Origin: Dehalococcoidia bacterium
GTDB lineage: Bacteria; Chloroflexota; Dehalococcoidia; Plut-88900
NCBI GenBank assembly: GCA_965197645.1
Contig: OZ240219.1
Coordinates: 448,001 to 512,000, forward strand
Length of the DNA stretch: 64,000 bases
Direction: 5' to 3'
Of this stretch, positions 40,238 to 49,279 are shown one piece after another. The notes under the pieces were generated by a model. The model had not been told where the DNA came from and ran no database searches. It saw nothing but the letters and a program-made list of their open reading frames with translations. Within the stretch, counting starts at the first letter, position 1; every line of letters begins with the position of its first letter. A program made the position numbers and the translations under genes.

Positions 40238-40762
40238 TTAGACCATCTCGAACTCGGGGATGATCGCCGTTTGACGGGAAACGGTCTGCGCTACGGGAGA
40301 GCCGTCCACCGCCGCCTGCCATATCTCCTTCAAGGTCTTCTCATCGGCGTCGGCGCTGACGTACACCTTGGCGTTTATCGAGCCGTAGCCCGGGTTGCCG
40401 TCGTCGCTCAGCCCCGCCCACTTCCAGATGTTGTCGAAGTGACCTTCCAGGGCTATCTCGAGATCGTTGATCTTGACGCCTCGCCTGGTGGCGTTGAGGA
40501 CGAAACCGACGGTCATGCAGCCGCCGACCGCCGACAGGACGTGCTCGTGAGCGCTGGCAGCGCTATCGTCGGCGTCCAAGCCCTCGGGCTCGTCCAGGTC
40601 GATGGTGTGGGTCCTGGTGTAGGCCTTGGCCTTGAACCCGGACTGCCATCTCACGCGGGAGCGCCAGGGCCCGCTGATCGCTTTCTTGTTATCCGGGTCC
40701 TCCAGCGAGGCGAGTATCTCCTCGATTTTATCTCGATTCAGGCCGTTCAACTCTTCAGCCAT
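40238..40762 (-). CDS. OsmC-like family protein
   Basis: DEPEGL, LSAVGGCMTVG, SPVAQTV. Confidence 0.88.
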   Translation of the reverse strand: MAEELNGLNRDKIEEILASLEDPDNKKAISGPWRSRVRWQSGFKAKAYTRTHTIDLDEPEGLDADDSAASAHEHVLSAVGGCMTVGFVLNATRRGVKINDLEIALEGHFDNIWKWAGLSDDGNPGYGSINAKVYVSADADEKTLKEIWQAAVDGSPVAQTVSRQTAIIPEFEMV

Positions 40763-40785
40763 TACAACCTCCCTTAAGTGGAAAC

Positions 40786-41949
40786 TTAAGCGTATTCCTT
40801 CCTGAGGATTTCCGCTGCCTCCGACATTGATTTCAGCTTCTTGTAAGCGATGACCGGTGTGTTCACGGACCTTTCGGCAAAGGTCCCAAACCCGCAGTCC
40901 GGGTTGAGATATACCTGTTCGGGGTCGAAGTACTGGAGGGCTTCTTTGACACGCCCCACTATCGTCTCGGGCTCCTCTATCTCATCGGTCCTGGGATTGA
41001 CCACGCCGAGTCCGATCTCCTTCTCCCGTTGGTACTCCTTGAACACCTCCATCTCGCCGGCCCTGGGTGTGGCGTACTCCAGCACCAACTGGTCTATGTT
41101 CATCTCCATCAAGTAGGGAAGCATTGGCCCGTAGTTGCCCTGCAACAACACGTCTTCCTTCCGGCTCCAGTTGCCCCTGCACACGTGCACGCCGAACTTC
41201 ACGTCTTCAAACCCTTCGACGGTCCGGTTCATCAGCGACACGGCCTGCTCCAGCTCCTGGGTCGGGTCTCGCTGGGTGGCAAGGGCGGCGCACATGAAGG
41301 TCTCGGCGCTCTCATCTCCGTACACCACCTGGGAAAGAGTCGGCTCGTCCAGCTGGATGAAGTTGACCCCCTTGTCCTTGAGGGCGCTAATCTCGTCCCG
41401 CAGGATGTTGACGATGTCGTCGGCCAGGACGTTCTGGTCGGGATAGGCGGCATCGGAAAGGCCCTCGAAATAGCTTGATTTGGTGAGCAGGTACGGGCCG
41501 GGAAGGGGCACCTTGATCTGTCTATCGGTGTGCTCCGCCAGGTAGTCCACCTCGTCCAGCGAGAGGCCGTCCTTGGCCCCCAGCCTCTCGACGGCAATGG
41601 GGCTCTTGATAGCGAAGGCGGGCACGTCCAGCGCCCTCAACACCTCTTCGAAGCTGGCCCGGTCTTTCATGTAGTCCAGCAGTTCCGAGACTTTCTTCAA
41701 TGTCATGCCCGATAGCTTGTCCACGACGAAGGAGTAGAAGTTGTCTCTTCTCTGCTCCCCGTCGGTGATGATGTCAACCCCGGCGTCTTCCTGGTACTTG
41801 ATGGTAGCCAGCACCGCCTCGTCGGCGATCTCCCGGAACTCCTCATCGGAGATTTCACCCGCCTGCTTCTTTCGAAGGGCCTGGATAAGCCAGGGCGTCC
41901 TGGACCAGCTACCGACAACGGTGACGGGAAACAGCTTTGTCTCGGTCAT
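40786..41949 (-). CDS. cobalamin-independent methionine synthase II-family (core MetE-like) protein
   Basis: TVVGSW, DIITDGEQRR, IQLDEP, Zn ligands HVCRGN / EYA / NPDCGF; single barrel only. Confidence 0.9.
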   Translation of the reverse strand: MTETKLFPVTVVGSWSRTPWLIQALRKKQAGEISDEEFREIADEAVLATIKYQEDAGVDIITDGEQRRDNFYSFVVDKLSGMTLKKVSELLDYMKDRASFEEVLRALDVPAFAIKSPIAVERLGAKDGLSLDEVDYLAEHTDRQIKVPLPGPYLLTKSSYFEGLSDAAYPDQNVLADDIVNILRDEISALKDKGVNFIQLDEPTLSQVVYGDESAETFMCAALATQRDPTQELEQAVSLMNRTVEGFEDVKFGVHVCRGNWSRKEDVLLQGNYGPMLPYLMEMNIDQLVLEYATPRAGEMEVFKEYQREKEIGLGVVNPRTDEIEEPETIVGRVKEALQYFDPEQVYLNPDCGFGTFAERSVNTPVIAYKKLKSMSEAAEILRKEYA

Positions 41950-42249
41950 ACTCGGTTCTTTCCTCCCCTACCTGTGGGCAATGTTAGCCGACTTGTCAAA
42001 CGCGAGCGCCAACGCCTCTCCTCCGAGGGCAATCGCCGTAACATTATAACGCAAACCAGTAATTACGGATAATCCTTTTTTTTGAACCCTATAACAAGCT
42101 TCTATCCTGAGACTGCCTGAGGCCCCCGGTGAAGGGAATTCGTCCCTTTCCACGCTCCGTGGTTCTCCAGCCCATGAATGATAGGTGTGGGTTCGGGCTA
42201 CCAACCAGCTGCCGACAGACTCCTCTTCGTAGACAGAATGAAAGCAACT

Positions 42250-42392
42250 GAGCTTGTCTCATAAAGTACGGACGTCTTAGTCCCAACCACCCGCCCTCGG
42301 AAGGTTTTGTAGCTGGGGGAACATCCCCCAGGCCCCCGCCGGAGGGAAGTTTCCCTCTGGACTCTCTCAAAGCAGGGTTCTGAGACAGGCTC
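42250..42392 (-). mobile_element. MITE-like element (repeat family 2, intact copy)
   Basis: 12-bp TIRs GAGCTTGTCTCA / TGAGACAGGCTC (11/12 match) flanked by direct repeat AACT on both sides. Confidence 0.8.
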
Positions 42393-42492
42393 AACTCGAA
42401 AGAAGTAGGTAATCAGGGGAAGTATCGCTATCAGATGGAGGTATCCGTCCGGGCATGCCCAGTGTGGATAGGCCAGGGTTGTTGCAAAGGCG

Positions 42493-43443
42493 TTAGGTCT
42501 TGGGGACCCGTTCCAGTTTCTGGAAGGTCCTCATATGCTGGGGCGGGTCTCGGTGCTTGCCCACCATATTCCAGGACACCTCTGCCACGTAGACATCGCC
42601 ATGGGAGTCGGTAGCGATGCCGTGGGGCGCTACAAACTCTCCTTCGCCCTCGCCCAGCGTTGGCTCCCCGACACGAGTCACCAGGTCTCCGCCCAGAGTG
42701 TAGACGCTCACCCGGTGCCCCACGTCGGGAGCATCCACGAAGTAGGCCTCACCCATGAGCTCGGCTATGTAGAGGTTGCCGTCCGGGGCCAGCGAGATGC
42801 CGGCCGGCTTCCAGATATCGTGCCATATGTGCTGAAGCTTCCCGTCGGTGTCGAAGACCTGGATGCGATGGTTCTCTCGGTCGGCCACGTACACGTTGTC
42901 GTCCTTGTCAACCTCGATGTTGTGGGGAATGACGAACTGGCCCGGATCGATACCCGATGATCCCCACGACATGATGTGCTCTCCCTCCGGCGAGTACTTG
43001 TGCACCCGGGAGTTTCCGTAGCCGTCCGAAACGAACAGGTCTCCCGTTCTGGAGGATACGGCCAGATGGGTAGGCTGGTTGAACTCGTCGCCGCTCCACC
43101 TTGGCGCCGGGTTGTTGGCCGAACCCAAAGTGAGAAGCAGCCTGCCATCCGGGGTGAACTTTCGGACCGTGTGGTCTCCCATATCGGCGCAGTAGATCGA
43201 GTCATCGGGGCCGGTGCTGATGCCGTGCGGGAACCCGAAGACGCCTTCACCCCAGGAATCGACCACGTTGCCGTCCCTATCGAAAACGATGACGGGATGG
43301 TCCCCTCTGGTGAACACGTAGACCCTGTCTTTGGAGTCCACCGCCACCCCGGCGCACTCCAGGAAGGACCACCCTTCCGGCAGCTTCTCCCAACCTTCGA
43401 CAGCTTTGAAGGAGACCTGGTCTGCGCTCAGTAGTGTAGTCAT
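42493..43443 (-). CDS. NHL-repeat beta-propeller (peptidyl-alpha-hydroxyglycine lyase-like) protein
   Basis: GVAVDSKDRVYV, PHG, SDGYGNSRV, VADRENHRIQVF. Confidence 0.9.
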   Translation of the reverse strand: MTTLLSADQVSFKAVEGWEKLPEGWSFLECAGVAVDSKDRVYVFTRGDHPVIVFDRDGNVVDSWGEGVFGFPHGISTGPDDSIYCADMGDHTVRKFTPDGRLLLTLGSANNPAPRWSGDEFNQPTHLAVSSRTGDLFVSDGYGNSRVHKYSPEGEHIMSWGSSGIDPGQFVIPHNIEVDKDDNVYVADRENHRIQVFDTDGKLQHIWHDIWKPAGISLAPDGNLYIAELMGEAYFVDAPDVGHRVSVYTLGGDLVTRVGEPTLGEGEGEFVAPHGIATDSHGDVYVAEVSWNMVGKHRDPPQHMRTFQKLERVPKT

Positions 43444-43572
43444 GTCTCTCTCCCCTCGCCGATACTGCGGAACGGAACGAAATGGACTGCAGGCGCTTAC
43501 TATACTTGAGAACCGGGCGACGGCGCCACAATCTCCCCTCGAAATCGCTAAGGTCTACCTAAGGTCTAGCTA

Positions 43573-43601
43573 TTGACACACTATCCGTCCCAATCTACAA
43601 T
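43573..43601 (+). promoter_or_regulatory. sigma70 promoter of ferritin-like gene pair
   Basis: TTGACA-17 bp-TACAAT. Confidence 0.75.
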
Positions 43602-43656
43602 TGCCCTACATCTAAGAATATGCTTAGGTGCTTATCCAGCAGGAAGAGGTGGCCAT

Positions 43657-44748
43657 ATGACGATGTCTACAGAGTCCACTAAACCGACTCCCAAATACGG
43701 TGAGGACTACGAGCCTGGTCTGGACTGGATGGACAAGCGGGGCGAGTGGGGCATGAAGGCCCAGCCGAGCAAGCGGGGCCTTACCATGGAGGACATCCAG
43801 ATTGGGTCCTACGGCGAGCCGCCGGAAGAGAGTATCAATCGCTCCGGTCGTCCCAGAGGCTCCGTGGCTCGAGAGGGCGGATACCGAAGCGGCAACTACT
43901 CCATCACCTCCAAGCAGGACATCTGGCTGAAGAACGCGGCCGGCCTGTACGAAGAGGCGCTTCAGAGGCAGTGGAGCTCCGCCACCGATATCCCATGGGA
44001 GACCATCAAGCCCCTGCCCGACGACGTCGAAAGGGCGGCGAGCCAGTTCAACACCTTCCTCAGCGACATCGAGTTCGTGGCGGCGGACGTACCGGGCAAA
44101 TGGGTGGCCAACTCCAGCCCCGACTTCCTGGAGCCCCGCATGTACCTCATGACCCAGATGGTCGACGAAGCGAGGCATCTCGACGTCTTCCGCAAGCGGG
44201 CCCTGGCCAACGGCGGCGGTCTGATGATGCGGACCCAGGACACCATGGTTGGAGGCGTCGTCAGCATCGACCACGCCCGGGACTTCTCGGAGATGTCGGC
44301 ACGCCTGCACGTCATCGGAGAAGGACCCGTGCTGACGATCTTCCGCATCGGGGAGCTGATCGCCTACAACGAGGCGGAGAAGCGGATGTACCGCTTGGCC
44401 GCCCAGGACGAGTCCCGTCACGTGGCCTTCGGCGTGATGCACATGCGCTACGTGGGTGAGACCCAGCCGGAGCGGCGGGAAGAGATCCACTGCTACCTGG
44501 ACGAGGGGGAGGAATTCCTGTTCGTCGGCAGCTCCACCGCAGCCGGGGCGGGCGATACCAGCACCGAGTCGATGTCCATACTGCTGGGCGGCGGTAAGGA
44601 CAAGTATGACGAGGGCTTGAACCTCCTCATGGCGATCAACCGCCGTCAGATGAAAGAGTACATCCAGCGGGTCCACTCCGCCGGGTTCTCGGAGCGCTTC
44701 TACAACGGGCGCGCCCACCCTGAAATAGCAAAGCTAGCCCAGGAATAG
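43657..44748 (+). CDS. ferritin-like diiron-carboxylate protein (complete ligand set)
   Basis: DIEF, DEARH, IGEG, DESRH; LYEEALQRQW. Confidence 0.82.
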   Translation: MTMSTESTKPTPKYGEDYEPGLDWMDKRGEWGMKAQPSKRGLTMEDIQIGSYGEPPEESINRSGRPRGSVAREGGYRSGNYSITSKQDIWLKNAAGLYEEALQRQWSSATDIPWETIKPLPDDVERAASQFNTFLSDIEFVAADVPGKWVANSSPDFLEPRMYLMTQMVDEARHLDVFRKRALANGGGLMMRTQDTMVGGVVSIDHARDFSEMSARLHVIGEGPVLTIFRIGELIAYNEAEKRMYRLAAQDESRHVAFGVMHMRYVGETQPERREEIHCYLDEGEEFLFVGSSTAAGAGDTSTESMSILLGGGKDKYDEGLNLLMAINRRQMKEYIQRVHSAGFSERFYNGRAHPEIAKLAQE

Positions 44749-44860
44749 GCCCGTCCGACACTTTCGGAAGTACTACGCCGAGCCGGCTGTGAGCCGGCTC
44801 GGCGCATACAATTAAAGAGCGCGTATCGCCTCTGTTCATCAGCCACATTGGAGATGCAGC

Positions 44861-45973
44861 ATGTCACCATCGACCCCCGATAAGTCCGGACCCAAGACAG
44901 GCACTGTAACCCGGCACCAGCGAGTGCTGAAAGAGCTTCGGGAACCAACCGAAGGGGAGCCGCTTCCGCCTCCTACCCTGGACTGGATGAACAAGAGCCT
45001 CCAGTGGGGCGTTCGGGTGAAGCCCGGCAAGAAGGGGCTCACCATGGGCTTGCTGAATGTCGGCATTTACGGAGAGATCCCTGACTTTTGGGAGGACAGG
45101 ACCCGGATGCTGCGCGGCTCCTACTCCACGGGCACATCTCCCCAGCTTCCCATCATGCTCCGCTACAAACACGAGCTATGGGCGGACAACGCCGCCGACC
45201 TGTATGAAGAGGCGATTCAACGGCGCTGGGTCCCCGCCACCGATGTTCCCTGGGCTACCCAGGAACCCCTGCCTGAAGACGTCGAGATAGCCATGTGCCA
45301 GCTCGCCACCGAGCTGTGCCAGCAGGCCAACGTGGAATCGGAGATAGTCGGTACCTGGCTCCAGCACATGTCCTACGGCTACCACGAAGTGAAGATATTC
45401 CTCGCTACAGAAGTGCTGGACGCTGCCCGGCACTTCGATGCATTTCGAAAGCGGGCCCTGTCCAACGGCGGCGGCCTGGGGCTGGAAAGCCGCGGCGAGC
45501 TCAACAGGGTCATCCTACAGAGCTTCGGGGACTGGTCCGAATGCAGCCTGTTTCTCCACGTAATGCGGGGGAGCTTCGCACTGACACTCTACCGGTTCGG
45601 CGAGGCCTTCGCCCACAACCCCGCCGAGAAAGAGATGTTCAGCCGCTGCCTGCAGGACAAGGGCCGTCACATGGCCTACGCCCTCGCCCATCTGCGCTAC
45701 GCCCTCAGCAAGAAACCGGACATGAACAGGGTCTTCAATAACATCCTGGGCATCGCCGAGTCCCAGATGGCCAGGGACCTGGAAGACCCCGTCCTCGTCG
45801 AGACGTTGGCCGTAATCATGGGCGGCGGCGTGGAGGGAGTCCGCACCGGCATGAGGAAGGCTACCCACGTGCTGGGCGATTTCGTCCGGCAGTACCTGAG
45901 CAACACCAAGTATATAGGCGTCGACCGGTCCCAGAATCTCCACTCGGACCTGGCGGCCTACCTGGAGTCTTAG
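44861..45973 (+). CDS. ferritin-like protein, degenerate diiron site (paralog of upstream gene)
   Basis: LYEEAIQRRW, FRKRALSNGGGL shared with upstream gene; DAARH and DKGRH replace the ExxH motifs. Confidence 0.8.
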   Translation: MSPSTPDKSGPKTGTVTRHQRVLKELREPTEGEPLPPPTLDWMNKSLQWGVRVKPGKKGLTMGLLNVGIYGEIPDFWEDRTRMLRGSYSTGTSPQLPIMLRYKHELWADNAADLYEEAIQRRWVPATDVPWATQEPLPEDVEIAMCQLATELCQQANVESEIVGTWLQHMSYGYHEVKIFLATEVLDAARHFDAFRKRALSNGGGLGLESRGELNRVILQSFGDWSECSLFLHVMRGSFALTLYRFGEAFAHNPAEKEMFSRCLQDKGRHMAYALAHLRYALSKKPDMNRVFNNILGIAESQMARDLEDPVLVETLAVIMGGGVEGVRTGMRKATHVLGDFVRQYLSNTKYIGVDRSQNLHSDLAAYLES

Positions 45974-46142
45974 GCCCGAATCCTTCCCTGTCGTAGCTAC
46001 CTGGATCGACCGCGCCACACACCTGGCAGCGCGTAATCTCCCTTTGACCTAGGATCTGTTCACGCTCCCGACCTCCAATGTCATCCCTGTAGATGTTAGG
46101 TAATTCGCTGACAGATTGGAGCAGGTAGCCCTAGGATGCAAA

Positions 46143-46284
46143 GGCCGTAGAAAGGGACGACGCAGCGTCCCTCACACCTGTCGTTCCGAACGGGATGAGG
46201 AACCTAAGACCACTGCCCTCCAAGACAACGTCGATTCATGGCGAGACGTCTTTAGATTCTTCGCTGGCGCTCGGAATGACAGCT
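46143..46284 (+). repeat. repeat family 3 (REP doublet-like), copy 1
   Basis: TGTCGTTCCGAACG...GAGGAACCTAAGA...TAGATTCTTCGCT...CTCGGAATGACA; inverted copy at 55330-55474. Confidence 0.88.
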
Positions 46285-46478
46285 AAGTTGCATCGGTGGC
46301 ATGGTCTTAATGTGAACAGGCCCAAGTCACCGACCATGCGGCGGCGGGCGCTGATGCGACTTCCGGCACTCCGAGGGCTCCCAGCTGGCCCTAACCTCCC
46401 GCACTCTTCGTTTTCACCTTGACAACAGGCACGCCTGAACCCAACATATCGGCCTGTCGGTAACATGGAAAAGACCGG

Positions 46479-47717
46479 ATGACAGCAAGAGACAGGCCTG
46501 CCTATGGCTGGGTAGTCCTGATCACCTTCACCTTCAATTACGGGGCGATCGTCATCGTCTTCATGGCCCTTGGCCTGCTCCTGCCCGACATCTCCGAGGA
46601 GCTGTCCCTGTCACCATCGCAACAGGGTTGGCTGGCTTCCTCTCTTCTGTTCGGCAACCTAATCTTCGAGATCCCCATCAGCTGGTTCCTTTCCCGTTTC
46701 AAGCCGTGGAGAGTAGCCAGCCTCGCCTTTCTCGGCGCCACGGCAATGGTCGCCGTCCAGGGCTGGTCGCCCACGTTCGCCGTGCTGCTGATAGCCCGGG
46801 TGGTTATGGGCCTCTTCTATCTGTCAACCCAGCCTCCCCGGACGTTGGTGATACTTCAGTGGCTGCCCCGCAAGATCGCCCTGGCCAACGGGGTCATGTT
46901 CGGGTTCCTGGCCATCCTCGAAGGGGCTGGGTTCATGATAGTTCCCCTGATCCTGGTGCTCCTCGGTGATTGGAGGATGACCCTCTACGTATGGGCCGGG
47001 GTATGCCTTACCGTCACCATAGGTTGGATGATTATCGGAGGCGACAAAGACACCTCCGAATATGAAACCAAGTTGGAGGCCCAGGAGAAGACCCCCATAG
47101 CCAGCATCTTTCGATACAAGGAACCGTGGCTGATGGGTCTGGGCATCGCCGGCACCATAAGCGGCAGAATGGCCTTCGATACCTTCTGGCCCACTTTTAC
47201 CGGAACCCAGTTCGGCACCGACGTCACCATCGCCGGTGTGGTCATAGGGTTGATTTCGATGGGCGGCGCCCCGGTTATGCTCATCACCACGCTGGTACCT
47301 GCCTTTTCCCGGCACAAGTCGGTGATCCTGATGACCGGAGGGGTGGCCCTTGCGGGTTCGTACGTCGGCACCCTCTTCACTGGCTCGACACTACTGCTGC
47401 TTCTGCTGGGATTGGTCAATGGCTTCGGTTTCGGTTTCTTCCCCCTGATGATTGCTTCTCTTTACAACCTTCCGGGAATAAAACCCAGAGAGGTAGCCGT
47501 TGCGGTGGCCCTGGTGTACACGCTAATGTGGGGAGGCGCCGCCCTGGGGCCTCTCATCGCTGGGTTCGTCCAGGAGGCCACCGACGATCTCAGGCTGGCC
47601 CTGTTCATAACTTCGTTGGCCCCTCTGCTGCTCACAGTATCCGCCTTTACGCTGGCGGCCGGCAAGAAGAGGGAGCTGCCAAGTCCTGGTCCCCTTCCCG
47701 CCACAAGTTCTCACTAG
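46479..47717 (+). CDS. MFS transporter
   Basis: About 12 hydrophobic segments in two halves, MFS length and layout. Confidence 0.88.
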   Translation: MTARDRPAYGWVVLITFTFNYGAIVIVFMALGLLLPDISEELSLSPSQQGWLASSLLFGNLIFEIPISWFLSRFKPWRVASLAFLGATAMVAVQGWSPTFAVLLIARVVMGLFYLSTQPPRTLVILQWLPRKIALANGVMFGFLAILEGAGFMIVPLILVLLGDWRMTLYVWAGVCLTVTIGWMIIGGDKDTSEYETKLEAQEKTPIASIFRYKEPWLMGLGIAGTISGRMAFDTFWPTFTGTQFGTDVTIAGVVIGLISMGGAPVMLITTLVPAFSRHKSVILMTGGVALAGSYVGTLFTGSTLLLLLLGLVNGFGFGFFPLMIASLYNLPGIKPREVAVAVALVYTLMWGGAALGPLIAGFVQEATDDLRLALFITSLAPLLLTVSAFTLAAGKKRELPSPGPLPATSSH

Positions 47718-47858
47718 CCGACCCGCAGCCCCAGTTCAGGGTGTCTCCCCTGGTGCTGTAGAATCAGCCCCACCCACAAGACGGGAAAACCTTCATCACA
47801 CCCGGCAATCGAATGGAAGACCAGCGTTCAAAGTCAAATAGCTTTCAGGAGGTGAAAT

Positions 47859-48608
47859 ATGGCCAGACAATTCGATGGAAAAGCGGCCCTGGTTACCGGC
47901 GGCAGCGGGGGAATCGGCCGGGACGCCAGCCTGGCCTTTGCCAGGCAGGGAGCCAACGTAGTCGTTGCCGACGTGCTTGTTGAGAACGGCCAGGAAACCG
48001 TCGACATGATTCGCGATGGGGGCGGGCAGGCTACCTTCGTCCACGCAGACGTATCCGTGGCCAGCGAGGTAGAAGCTCTGGTCGATACGGTCGTCCAGAC
48101 CTACGGCAGCATTGATCTCGCCTTCAATAACGCCGGCATCGAAGGTTACCTGGTCCACCTGGACGAGTACACCGAGGAGATGTGGGACCGGGTGATGAAC
48201 ATCAACCTCAAGGGCGTGTGGCTGTGCATGAAGTACGAGGTCCAACGGATGATGGCCCAGGGCGGTGGGGCCATCGTCAACACATCATCCATAGCCGGCG
48301 TGAGGGGCGGAGAGAACTGGTCCGTCTACACCGCCAGCAAACACGGCGTGGCGGGCCTGACCAAGTCGGCGGCCATCGAGTACGGGCCCAAGGGTATTCG
48401 TGTCAACGCCGTCTGCCCCAGCATCATACGCACCCCGATGTACGAAAGGGCGCTGTCCGGCGAAGAAGACCATTACATCAAAGCCCACCCCTTGAAACGG
48501 CTCGGTACTCCGGAAGACGTCGCCAACGTGGTGGTCTGGCTCTGCTCCGACTCCGCGTCCTTCGTCACCGGACAGGCGTTGCTGGTGGACGGAGGTCTGC
48601 TTTCATAG
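47859..48608 (+). CDS. short-chain dehydrogenase/reductase
   Basis: TGGSGGIG, AFNNAGIEG, YTASKHGV, IRVNAVCP. Confidence 0.95.
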   Translation: MARQFDGKAALVTGGSGGIGRDASLAFARQGANVVVADVLVENGQETVDMIRDGGGQATFVHADVSVASEVEALVDTVVQTYGSIDLAFNNAGIEGYLVHLDEYTEEMWDRVMNINLKGVWLCMKYEVQRMMAQGGGAIVNTSSIAGVRGGENWSVYTASKHGVAGLTKSAAIEYGPKGIRVNAVCPSIIRTPMYERALSGEEDHYIKAHPLKRLGTPEDVANVVVWLCSDSASFVTGQALLVDGGLLS

Positions 48609-48643
48609 TAGGCTGAGGCTTCAACCCTACACAGGAGCTGACC

Positions 48644-49279
48644 ATGCGCGACATCGTCCGAGAAGATATCGAAGAGTACGCTTTCGAGCACACCAGCCGG
48701 CTCCCACCCGTCCTGGAAGAGCTGAAAGACTACACCTACGAGAATGTTGAGTATGCCGGCATGATCTCGGACAACCTGGTGGGCAGCCTCTTGCAGTCCC
48801 TCATATTCGCCTCGGGGGCGAAGAACGTACTGGAGCTGGGGATGTTTACGGGCTTCAGCGCCCTCATGATGGCCCACGCCCTGCCCGAAGACGGAACGGT
48901 GACCACCTGCGATATCGATCCCAAGGCCGAGGAGAGGGCCCGTCCCTTCTTCGACAAAACGCCCCACGGCAAGAAGATCAACGTGCGAATCGGCCCCGCG
49001 TTGAAAACCCTCGATAAGCTGACGGGCCCCTTCGACCTCGTCTTCATCGATGCGGACAAGGGCAACTACAGCAACTACTACGAGCGTTGCCTGGGCCTGC
49101 TTTCGCCCAAGGGGGTCATAGTAGTGGACAACGTGCTGTGGTCAGGCCAGGTGCTGTCTCCCAAGACCGGAGACGACCGGGCCATCGACTCCTTCAACAA
49201 GCACGTGACGGACGACCCGAGGGTGGACAACGTCCTGCTCACCATCAGGGACGGGTTGATGCTCATTCGGAAGAAGTAG
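48644..49279 (+). CDS. O-methyltransferase (caffeoyl-CoA OMT-like)
   Basis: LELGMFTGFS, FDLVFIDADK, VDNVLWSG, IRDGL. Confidence 0.93.
   Translation: MRDIVREDIEEYAFEHTSRLPPVLEELKDYTYENVEYAGMISDNLVGSLLQSLIFASGAKNVLELGMFTGFSALMMAHALPEDGTVTTCDIDPKAEERARPFFDKTPHGKKINVRIGPALKTLDKLTGPFDLVFIDADKGNYSNYYERCLGLLSPKGVIVVDNVLWSGQVLSPKTGDDRAIDSFNKHVTDDPRVDNVLLTIRDGLMLIRKK

Noticed and set aside
41950-42050. SAM/SAH/cobalamin riboswitch upstream of MetE-like gene
   Set aside because: No recognisable consensus by eye; an Rfam cmscan would be needed to exclude it
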